In this document: piece by piece, positions 37,006 through 45,719 of the stretch
How positions within the stretch are numbered: the first letter of the stretch is position 1
Layout: the number at the start of each line of letters is the position of its first letter
DNA from: a virus
Taxonomy: Duplodnaviria > Caudoviricetes
DNA: 64,000 nucleotides
IMG/VR virus record: IMGVR_UViG_3300027819_000006
Reading direction: 5' to 3' (one strand)
Made by a program: the position numbers and the translations under genes
Notes under the pieces: generated by a model
The model's input: only the letters and a program-made list of their open reading frames with translations
Told to the model about the DNA's origin: nothing
Database searches by the model: none

Positions 37006-38139
37006 TTATTTCACAATTATACCAATATTTTTTATATAATCATATCCATGATCAAGTAGCCATTTTTTCATCTTTTTACTTACCCATATTTCTGATATTG
37101 TGGCTGATAGCTTTCCTGTATCTACTATAACTTCATTTTGCCCATGAAACTGAAATTGTTTCTTAGTTTCATAACTCAATTCTGTAAAATCTATTATAAC
37201 TTGTTCTGGTTTTATACTTGTGCACACTAAAAAATTTATAGAATTTAAAGACATAGTGAATGTTTTTGCTATTTGTGGTGTAGTGCTCCAAGAAGATTCT
37301 TTACCTCTAGATAATAATATTTTGTTGCCGACATAAATATCTTCTATATTTTTTAATCCTATATATTTTTTTATTTTTTTTAAAATATATTCTATAGTAG
37401 CTTCTTCGTAACTTACTATATCATCAATATCTAATCCGAATCCTCTATATATTTTTTTTGATTCATATTGCTTTGATAAATTTGTTTTAAGCCACTCTTT
37501 TACACCTTTATTCATTTTTACTTCTGCACTGTTTGTATATTTTTTCAATTCATCCACTACAAATTTAGGGAATTCTATATCTATATTTGAATCTTTTGAA
37601 AATCTTTTTAGCATCCCATCTATTAAAGTTAAATTGTTTTTTATTTTTTCAAAATCAGCCCACATAGTAGGATGCTCATCATTTATTGTTTTGTAATTTA
37701 TAAATCCATCATAATAATTTAAAAATTCTTCAGAAATTCTTTGCATAATTTCATTTGTAATATTTAAATTTCCCATTTTGAGTTTTTCATATATATATGT
37801 TATCAGTGATTCATTGTCTATATCGAGATTATAATATGATTTTATATTTTCAGACTCTATTATGTTTTTGTTTAAAGCATTTCTAAATTCTCTAATATTT
37901 TTTATGTCGAATAAATTCAAGATTTTATCAGATTTATAAATAAAATTATATGATGGTCTAGCCATTGAAAAACTAGCAATATTTTTTTTAAAAGACATAT
38001 AATCTTTTTTGTCCACTATTTGTATATATTTTCCTAATTCTAGTTCATAATTCTGTAAATTATCAATTGATGATTTTAAATAAATATATGAATATCCAAT
38101 TTGGTGTTCTATCAATAGTTGTTTTAATCTCAATTTCAA
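37006..38139 (-). CDS. Probable ADP-ribosyltransferase-fold protein (C-terminal domain)
   Basis: IYRGF, SSWSTTPQIAKTF, QNEVIV (R-S-E); MKLRLKQLLIE leader. Confidence 0.6.
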   Translation of the reverse strand: MKLRLKQLLIEHQIGYSYIYLKSSIDNLQNYELELGKYIQIVDKKDYMSFKKNIASFSMARPSYNFIYKSDKILNLFDIKNIREFRNALNKNIIESENIKSYYNLDIDNESLITYIYEKLKMGNLNITNEIMQRISEEFLNYYDGFINYKTINDEHPTMWADFEKIKNNLTLIDGMLKRFSKDSNIDIEFPKFVVDELKKYTNSAEVKMNKGVKEWLKTNLSKQYESKKIYRGFGLDIDDIVSYEEATIEYILKKIKKYIGLKNIEDIYVGNKILLSRGKESSWSTTPQIAKTFTMSLNSINFLVCTSIKPEQVIIDFTELSYETKKQFQFHGQNEVIVDTGKLSATISEIWVSKKMKKWLLDHGYDYIKNIGIIVK

Positions 38140-38166
38140 TTTTCTCCATTAAAAATTATATTCGTA

Positions 38167-38388
38167 TTAAACATGTTCATCTACATTAGTTTTAATAGAA
38201 TTCATACTTGCTAATTTTTCATTGACCATCTCTAATTCTTGTCCATAATTGTTTAATTGTATTACAAGTTTCTTGACAAGATTTTCTGTTTCTACTACTC
38301 GTTTATGTAGAGCAATCAGAACCTCTGTGGGTTCAACTTCATCTGGTCGTATACCATATTTGTTAATTAGCATTATTTTCTTCAACAT
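38167..38388 (-). CDS. Hypothetical protein
   Basis: ORF track. Confidence 0.5.
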   Translation of the reverse strand: MLKKIMLINKYGIRPDEVEPTEVLIALHKRVVETENLVKKLVIQLNNYGQELEMVNEKLASMNSIKTNVDEHV

Positions 38389-38857
38389 CCTTTGCTACGA
38401 TTGTTAATTTTTTAGTATTCTTTGTCATCATATCTATAGTACTCAGTTTACTATTTCTTACTTTTTCATTTCTATGCAGTATAACAGAATCTATGCTATA
38501 AGTTCTTGAAGCACCATTTGGATCAACTACAGTTACAGCTTTATCACTTACTCCCATCAACTTAAAATAGTCATTATTCTTGTATCCAGCTACTTCTAAT
38601 ATTGCTCCAACATCTTCTAGTTTTGGAGTCAGCTCTTTTGGATAATCTTTATATACTTCAAATTTTCTGCCATACAGCCATTCTTTTTCAATAGTTTCTA
38701 GTTTGCCATATTTGACAGTTTTGTGAAATTTACTCTGTCTTTTCTTTCTGGTTTTTTTAGATGCAGTATCAGTTTTTACAACTTCTTCATTAGCTGCAGT
38801 AACAACTTCTTTTGCTTTATTTTTAGATTTATTTTTGCCACCTTTTCTTCTACCCAT
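38363..38857 (-). CDS. Basic hypothetical protein
   Basis: Lys/Arg-rich N-terminus. Confidence 0.55.
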   Translation of the reverse strand: MGRRKGGKNKSKNKAKEVVTAANEEVVKTDTASKKTRKKRQSKFHKTVKYGKLETIEKEWLYGRKFEVYKDYPKELTPKLEDVGAILEVAGYKNNDYFKLMGVSDKAVTVVDPNGASRTYSIDSVILHRNEKVRNSKLSTIDMMTKNTKKLTIVAKDVEENNAN

Positions 38858-39236
38858 CTAGTTCTCCTTTGGGTTCATTGATGACAAAATTGAATTTATA
38901 GCCTTCAGATTCTGTTTTAATGATCTGTATATCAAATTGAGCTAATAGATTCATCAAATTGCCTTTGCAACCTTCCCACATAATATACAAAAGTCTGTTG
39001 AATTCAGAATTGTCTTCATCTTTATTCGACAGACTTATGATATTTGATATGATTAAACAACTTTTATAGACATCAGAATTTACTAACTCTTCTTCTGACA
39101 TCTTTTCATCTATTTTGTTTCTTAATACATCATAATAATTGTTTAAACGTGCTCTGATTAGATTCAATCTACTGTTTAGAGTATCTTCGGATATATCTAT
39201 CAGATTGTCTAATTCTTGTTCGAGATCTTCTTCCAC
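38850..39236 (-). CDS. Hypothetical protein
   Basis: ORF track. Confidence 0.5.
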   Translation of the reverse strand: MEEDLEQELDNLIDISEDTLNSRLNLIRARLNNYYDVLRNKIDEKMSEEELVNSDVYKSCLIISNIISLSNKDEDNSEFNRLLYIMWEGCKGNLMNLLAQFDIQIIKTESEGYKFNFVINEPKGELDG

Positions 39237-39344
39237 TTAAAATGATCCTTTCTATTTTTTTGAAAACTTTTAAAAGCTGAAATATGAATTCTGCTGCTAC
39301 TAACCAGTTGCTTTAAGGGAGACTGCAGCATCACAAATCAGCTT

Positions 39345-39875
39345 TTAAAAGTTCTCATTATTCTCGATTCCATCATGCACCTCGTATTGTTTAGTCTCCT
39401 TATTGAATACAAGATGTGTCAGTTTTTCCTCTTCATATGCATCAAAATTATTTTCGTCAGCAGAATAGTTGACAGAACTTCTCTGTAAAATGCTTCTGAT
39501 TTGTGTCAGTTTCAGAGGCACAAAAAATGTAGGCAGAGCGGGATTTATCAAAATATTATCTAAAATGCTGACAGTCTCAGGATTTAACATAGTCTGTAAA
39601 TACATCAAAGATAGATTGGCACAAACTATATGTTCACCAAAATTATTCAGTAATAGTTTTCTATTTCTGTTCATGAAAGCATGAGCTATATTGAAATCTG
39701 TAAATGCTACTATTCCATAAGAATTATTCACTCCAACAGTTAGCAGGGCTGTACCAAATAGATTGCCGATGAACCACAGCTTGTTGTTGTTCTTAGATAT
39801 TTTGTCTAATACGATTTGAGCAGATAATAATCCAGGTTTACTTTCTATTTCGTCTGTCGTCATTTTTAATATCAT
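39345..39875 (-). CDS. Hypothetical protein
   Basis: ORF track. Confidence 0.5.
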   Translation of the reverse strand: MILKMTTDEIESKPGLLSAQIVLDKISKNNNKLWFIGNLFGTALLTVGVNNSYGIVAFTDFNIAHAFMNRNRKLLLNNFGEHIVCANLSLMYLQTMLNPETVSILDNILINPALPTFFVPLKLTQIRSILQRSSVNYSADENNFDAYEEEKLTHLVFNKETKQYEVHDGIENNENF

Positions 39876-39985
39876 CTATAAAATCCTCTGTAATATTATA
39901 AATATACTACTAAGTTTTAAAAAAGTACATTTTCACAATAACATAATAACAATAAACTATAAACACTTTAGTATACATCTGTATA

Positions 39986-40942
39986 CTATTGTTTGTTTAA
40001 ACTTCTCAACACAAAATTGGTATATGGATTATGTTTTGAAATCATAATACCTATAAAACTCTTACTAATTTGTTTTTTATATTTCAATTTTGAATAACAT
40101 ATTAATAATTCTACTATATCTTCAATAAATTTATTATCATGATGCTTGAAATCAGGATTATCATTGTAATAACATAAAAATCTATTATACTGTTCAATTT
40201 CTTTTAATTCATCAATCCAAGAAATCATTTTGCTACTTTCAAAATTCATCTTATTTTGAATTGTTGTTTCTACATCATTTATTTGTTGTACTTTTTCAAA
40301 TTCTGTTTCATACAAATGTAAACTATTAACTATATGTGTATATGTTCCAATTTCTATTCCTAATTCTGTAGCAAACATCTCCTGTATCATTGTAAAATTA
40401 AACAAATCATTTGGAAATCCAAAATATATATCATTACTTCTCATGTGAGAAATCATATTAAGTTTATTATTTCTTATAAAAAATTGAAAATCAATTGTAC
40501 ATGGCACATCTTTAGTATTAATGAAATCTATTTGTGGGTCCAAAATAGTCATGACTGCTTGACGTGTGTCAATATCTTTCAATTTATTCAAAACATATTC
40601 AAATTGATCTATATTTCTATTTCTCAATCTTTTTCCATATGCACCATGTAATGTTCTGCCATTATCAGAATATTTTAACATTTTAGAATTATAGAATGTC
40701 AACATTTTTAAATCATCTTGGCCAGACACTATCCACAACCATTCTGCAATAGAAAATGCCATATTCATATTTCTAATTGTGTCATAAAATATTCTATCAT
40801 GTGGATTATTAACTATTATTGTACATGGAGATATTTCTAATGTATTCATCCCTCTTGGAGAAACTTTTTTACCATGTTCAAAAACATTGTCTATTACTTT
40901 TTTATATCCTGTAGATATTCCATCAATTTCAATAATTTTCAT
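39986..40942 (-). CDS. Thymidylate synthase superfamily enzyme of dCMP hydroxymethylase type
   Basis: GAYGKRL, DTRQAV, PCT, MRSNDIYFGFPND (Asp at the ThyA Asn177 position), SLHLYE. Confidence 0.8.
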   Translation of the reverse strand: MKIIEIDGISTGYKKVIDNVFEHGKKVSPRGMNTLEISPCTIIVNNPHDRIFYDTIRNMNMAFSIAEWLWIVSGQDDLKMLTFYNSKMLKYSDNGRTLHGAYGKRLRNRNIDQFEYVLNKLKDIDTRQAVMTILDPQIDFINTKDVPCTIDFQFFIRNNKLNMISHMRSNDIYFGFPNDLFNFTMIQEMFATELGIEIGTYTHIVNSLHLYETEFEKVQQINDVETTIQNKMNFESSKMISWIDELKEIEQYNRFLCYYNDNPDFKHHDNKFIEDIVELLICYSKLKYKKQISKSFIGIMISKHNPYTNFVLRSLNKQ

Positions 40943-42129
40943 ATGTCACTTAAATTTGTTAGAATTTTATCTAATTTATTTATGACGATCTCAGAAGAAT
41001 AATTTGATAAATAGAAATTTTTTACATTTTCTATTGTACAATCATATGGATGATTAACATAATAACATATTTTTTTAACATAAGATTGTATATCTTCACA
41101 CAACCCACTATAATTATCTGGTACCATTTCTTTGTATCCTGAATGATTTGGAAGAATAACTATGTAATTAGATAATATACTTTCTGCTATAGACATAGAC
41201 CAACATCCACCATTATTTGAAAATGTAGATACAGACATGTTGCATTCTTTTAAAACTTTATTGTATTCTTCTCTAGATAAGTTATTTTTAAGAATTATTT
41301 TAATGTGTTTTGTGTCTTTTAATGGTATATCATTTCTAGATGATAATTTACCACTAACATCTGTAAATATTACTTCTATTTTATTTTCTAAAAATTGTTC
41401 TAATTCTATTAAAATGTTTAAAAATTTTTTGAAAGCATCATCATAATACCTCATTGTAGAAATTCTATGATTATATAAAATTTTAATATCTCGATTATAT
41501 CCTGAATTAAAAAGATTTTCTTCATTTATAATTGGTTGAACCGCAAACAATTTATCAAAACAACTTTCATCTTTATTTCTTAACATCAATGGAAAAGTTT
41601 TAATAAATTGTTCTTTAATTTGTAAAATTGCAAATTTAGAATTGCATAGATAAGCATCAGACAACAACAATCCTTCAAGTTGTCTAATAAAATATGGACA
41701 TCTTGCATCTATTTTTGAATATTCATATGTATCTATCCAATGATTATATGCAACTACTTTAATTTTGTCTATTAATTTTTCTTCCAACAACAATGTTTTC
41801 CAGTTATTTACTAATGTGGGATTGTTTTCAAATATAATATCAGGTTGAAATTCTATGATCATGTTTGAATATTTTTCTGAATCCCAATCATATCTAGAAC
41901 TGAATACTCTTTTATTAAAATTTGTCATAATGAATGAAACATTTTCCGCATGAACATACTTACTTCCATGTGGTATCAAAATTAGAAATTTGTATTTGTT
42001 TGGCAAATATTTATTACAACCATTAACTATATTAGTGAAAAAGTTAAAATTAGAATCATTCTCTAAAAGAAACTCATGTGTATCTTTTGATATACAACTA
42101 AGTTGAGGGTTCCACAATATTGTTTTCAT
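40939..42129 (-). CDS. GT-B glycosyltransferase-like protein
   Basis: ILYNHRI, LSREEY...L, W.MSIAE, PNHSGYKEM. Confidence 0.7.
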   Translation of the reverse strand: MKTILWNPQLSCISKDTHEFLLENDSNFNFFTNIVNGCNKYLPNKYKFLILIPHGSKYVHAENVSFIMTNFNKRVFSSRYDWDSEKYSNMIIEFQPDIIFENNPTLVNNWKTLLLEEKLIDKIKVVAYNHWIDTYEYSKIDARCPYFIRQLEGLLLSDAYLCNSKFAILQIKEQFIKTFPLMLRNKDESCFDKLFAVQPIINEENLFNSGYNRDIKILYNHRISTMRYYDDAFKKFLNILIELEQFLENKIEVIFTDVSGKLSSRNDIPLKDTKHIKIILKNNLSREEYNKVLKECNMSVSTFSNNGGCWSMSIAESILSNYIVILPNHSGYKEMVPDNYSGLCEDIQSYVKKICYYVNHPYDCTIENVKNFYLSNYSSEIVINKLDKILTNLSDI

Positions 42130-42653
42130 TTAGATTTGTCAACAATAAATTGCATTATTTGACTTATTTCATCTGATAAACACTCAGAATCAGTATACAA
42201 TTTTATTGTATTACATTTAGTCCAAATATAAAAATCTTTCTTGTACATATCATGCAACAATTTTATGTTGTCTTTATTAACAAATTCATCATCATATTTA
42301 TACTTCATTCTCAAACAAATTATAATAAAAGTATTTAATTCACTAAATTTTTTGTCTACTAATTCTAAAATTTCTTCATTGGTTTCTCTATTAAACACTT
42401 TTGAATAGACATACTCTGACGGAAAAGCTCTATCAAATATTACAGAGGTATTAGTTTGTTTCAAAAAATCTACAATATATGTTTGATCATATATCATAGC
42501 ATCTTTAAAATTAAATTTGTTATCTGTAAACAGTGTTTTTTCTTTAATTTCATCTAAAGATCTTTTGAACACCGGAATGTTTAATATTTCAGACATTCTA
42601 CTTGCAATTGTAGATTTTCCTACTCTGTCTGGACCCTCAAAAATTAATATCAT
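42126..42653 (-). CDS. Deoxynucleoside monophosphate kinase
   Basis: IFEGPDRVGKST, IFDRAFPSEYVY. Confidence 0.85.
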   Translation of the reverse strand: MILIFEGPDRVGKSTIASRMSEILNIPVFKRSLDEIKEKTLFTDNKFNFKDAMIYDQTYIVDFLKQTNTSVIFDRAFPSEYVYSKVFNRETNEEILELVDKKFSELNTFIIICLRMKYKYDDEFVNKDNIKLLHDMYKKDFYIWTKCNTIKLYTDSECLSDEISQIMQFIVDKSK

Positions 42654-42932
42654 CTAAACCTCTAGTTTTGGTACATTAACCATTTCACTTCTAGATTTTG
42701 TTTGATCATAATAATGTCTAATTTCAAAATGAGATTCACTAATATCTTCTATAAATTTTTTTATAGCAATTTCTCTATTACAGTTTCTATTTGATAATAT
42801 TGAAACTTCTTGTTTGTTTTTAAATATTACTGTAGTGTCTATATACTTTATATAACAAATATATTCACCATATGCATATTGTATATTAAATGTTATATCA
42901 TCTCTAGTATCAATAAATTGTTCTATTGTCAT
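42654..42932 (-). CDS. Hypothetical protein
   Basis: Packed ORF. Confidence 0.45.
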   Translation of the reverse strand: MTIEQFIDTRDDITFNIQYAYGEYICYIKYIDTTVIFKNKQEVSILSNRNCNREIAIKKFIEDISESHFEIRHYYDQTKSRSEMVNVPKLEV

Positions 42933-42936
42933 AATT

Positions 42937-43989
42937 TTATAAAAATACCTTTTCAGTTATAGATGAATTTTGAGAAGCTTGTAACCAATCATCATAATTC
43001 CAATTAGCTACATTATATCTATCACACATTTTACAAACACTTTCTTGTGCATTATATACTCTATTTCTAATTTTCTTTGCTCTTTCAGATATCCAAATTT
43101 TATTTATGTCTTCTTGTAATACATTTCCCATTACAATTGATGGATCTCTTATAAATGAACCATTGTCCCGAGCCATTCTACAACAATTTAGAATATCTCC
43201 ATTTGCATCACAAAATATATGAACCCATGGCATTATACAAAGTGGTGGTGTTTTTCTATCCAATAAACTTATAAAACTTTTAATATTAGTTTTATATTTA
43301 GTTTTAACACAAAGTGCTTCATCTACATATTCTTTAACTTTATTCTTATCTATATTATTTACCTGCAACTCTGACCAAGTATGTAATGGATAAAAATTAT
43401 TTTCAATTTCTAATTCTTCATTACACATTGTTAATATATCTTTCATCTCATGTATGTTGACTGTAGATATCGTAGAATTACACCGTATTCTTAAGTTTGG
43501 ATTATATTCATTCTTAAGTTTATTCAACAGTTTAATATTTTCTTTTACAGATTTAAGTGTATTTACTCCTCTAGTAGCTGTATATATTTTTTCAGATGCT
43601 CCATCTATAGATATAGAAATCCAATTAGAATTTATTACGAATTTTTCTGTGTTAAATCTACTACCCCACAAACATGCAGTAAGTGTGCCTGTACCCAATC
43701 CAATATTGTGAGCAGTTTCTAAAAATTCGATAAAATTTTCATGTGCAGGAGGATCTCCGCCTGAAAAAACTACAGTATTTGCAGGATTAAAATTAGCCCA
43801 TTGAATTATGTTTAATACAATATCTTTTGGCAGTTTTACATCAGGCCAATCAGGTTTACGACATCCTATACATCTTTGATAACATTTATTTAGAATATTA
43901 AGTTGTATTGATAGTGGTAGATATGTATTTGTAGATTTTGTTTCTATAGCATTTTTAATATTTTTATAATATGGATACAATTTGTCCAA
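42937..43989 (-). CDS. Radical SAM protein with SPASM/twitch domain
   Basis: CYQRCIGC, FSGGDP, SIDGA, C..PW...GD...CC, MGNV, CKMC. Confidence 0.9.
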   Translation of the reverse strand: MDKLYPYYKNIKNAIETKSTNTYLPLSIQLNILNKCYQRCIGCRKPDWPDVKLPKDIVLNIIQWANFNPANTVVFSGGDPPAHENFIEFLETAHNIGLGTGTLTACLWGSRFNTEKFVINSNWISISIDGASEKIYTATRGVNTLKSVKENIKLLNKLKNEYNPNLRIRCNSTISTVNIHEMKDILTMCNEELEIENNFYPLHTWSELQVNNIDKNKVKEYVDEALCVKTKYKTNIKSFISLLDRKTPPLCIMPWVHIFCDANGDILNCCRMARDNGSFIRDPSIVMGNVLQEDINKIWISERAKKIRNRVYNAQESVCKMCDRYNVANWNYDDWLQASQNSSITEKVFL

Positions 43990-43990
43990 T

Positions 43991-44836
43991 TTATTTCTCC
44001 AGTGTATTGTAAACTTTTTTCATATTTTTACGATACAAATCAATATCATTACCTTGTCTCATTATATATGATGGGTGAAATATTTTTGCAATTCTATAGT
44101 CTTTAAATAAATTACTGTTGCATATTATATCATGTACAAAATTTCCCAAACACACAATAAATTCAGGATTTAGTATATGTAATTCTTTTTGTAAATATTT
44201 TAAACTGTTGTCCAAACGTTCATCTAATATTTTATCTTCAGGAAACACTCCACATTTAAATATATTTGTATACCAATTTTTAGTACCAAATACTAGATTA
44301 GACAATATTCTAAACAATAGACAATTTTTGCCTTGAGTATATACTCTTGTTTTTGTATTGTAATAAGTATTTGACTCATTCGATAATCTAGATTTACTTG
44401 GAGCTTCACCTATAAAAACATACCTTGGATGTAAAAATCCAGATGGCAGTGAAACATCGCCTTTGTCAAATTTTGTGTCAATGTAATATTCTTCATTATA
44501 ATACAGTGACCAAATATTTGTCAAATTTAATATATCATTATCACATGACGTTGGTAATGTAAGAAATGGATAAATGTTAAATTTTGTTATATCACCATTA
44601 TTATATAAAAAACATAAATCATGTTCATTTGTTAAAATTTCTTTATTTTCTAATTTCCAATGACAAAAATTGAATTTTTTAATCAGATAGTCTTCAAATT
44701 TACATAATTTATCTCTACCATTATTTCTTTTAAATTCTAACAATTCTTGTATATTTGTATTTTGTATATCAATAACACTATTAGTTGTTATCAGTTTCAT
44801 TTCTTTGCAACATTTTTTTGTTGTTTTTAGTAACAA
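43991..44836 (-). CDS. Uracil-DNA glycosylase family 4-like protein
   Basis: FIGEAPS, YTNIFKC, LNPEFIVCLG, FHPSY. Confidence 0.75.
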   Translation of the reverse strand: MLLKTTKKCCKEMKLITTNSVIDIQNTNIQELLEFKRNNGRDKLCKFEDYLIKKFNFCHWKLENKEILTNEHDLCFLYNNGDITKFNIYPFLTLPTSCDNDILNLTNIWSLYYNEEYYIDTKFDKGDVSLPSGFLHPRYVFIGEAPSKSRLSNESNTYYNTKTRVYTQGKNCLLFRILSNLVFGTKNWYTNIFKCGVFPEDKILDERLDNSLKYLQKELHILNPEFIVCLGNFVHDIICNSNLFKDYRIAKIFHPSYIMRQGNDIDLYRKNMKKVYNTLEK

Positions 44837-45719
44837 TGTTGAATTGTTTCAATATTGGTATATATAATTTTTTATTACTTCCAGCTGCATAATGTATCAT
44901 TACAGGTGCATTTAACATTTTCTTTTGTATTTTTGAAGTATCTTTTAATTTGGTTAAAATTAATCTTACTTCACCGTTTTCATAAGTAAACTTATTGTTA
45001 TTGTCTTTGATTATTTTTTTAAAATACCAATTCCAAAATTGATCTGCAAAAAAAGATTTTGAAACATAACCATCTTTTTTATATCCATTTTCATATTTGT
45101 AATAGTGTTGTTTAAATATGTTCATTAAAAAATCATTGGCATAAAATTTATTAAGATAGTCAATCATCCTGTCTTCAAACGTATATGTAAATGTTCCTGC
45201 ACCAAGTGTATCTGAGTTATATTCATCAACTGAAATGTCTAATTCAAATATATTTCTATATTCATAAAACTGTTGTGGAATATTGTTTTTATCATATTTA
45301 TTAAACGGTACACGAATAAATGCATTGTCATATTTAAATAATAAAGAAGCATCCTGATATATAACAATATCATCATCTGTCATAACTATCTTGTCTGTCT
45401 TGTCACTGAAGTATATTGGTATCGTAAATTGTGAATTATATCTATAGTAATTAAAAAACAACTTTGCATCTATGTTTAAAGGATTTAATTTACTAATTGC
45501 TTTTGTGTCGATGTCTTTAGAATCATATATACAATAATTATTTTTTATAGAACTACATTTACTATTCATAATCATTTTATCTATTTCTTTTCTTTTGTCC
45601 ACATTTCTAGTATCATTTACAAAATGAAATAACACATTGTTGTCTGTTTCTTTGGGATATTTATATAGTAATAACTCTAACATATCCATATCATTTTGTA
45701 ATATAATTAAATCTTTCAT
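44781..45719 (-). CDS. GT-A glycosyltransferase-like protein
   Basis: IVMTDDDIVI (DxD), DQ motif, IHYA. Confidence 0.55.
   Translation of the reverse strand: MKDLIILQNDMDMLELLLYKYPKETDNNVLFHFVNDTRNVDKRKEIDKMIMNSKCSSIKNNYCIYDSKDIDTKAISKLNPLNIDAKLFFNYYRYNSQFTIPIYFSDKTDKIVMTDDDIVIYQDASLLFKYDNAFIRVPFNKYDKNNIPQQFYEYRNIFELDISVDEYNSDTLGAGTFTYTFEDRMIDYLNKFYANDFLMNIFKQHYYKYENGYKKDGYVSKSFFADQFWNWYFKKIIKDNNNKFTYENGEVRLILTKLKDTSKIQKKMLNAPVMIHYAAGSNKKLYIPILKQFNIVTKNNKKMLQRNETDNN

Noticed and set aside
39986-40942. Calling this gene ordinary thyA
   Set aside because: The substrate-specificity position is Asp (PND) rather than Asn, as in dCMP hydroxymethylases.
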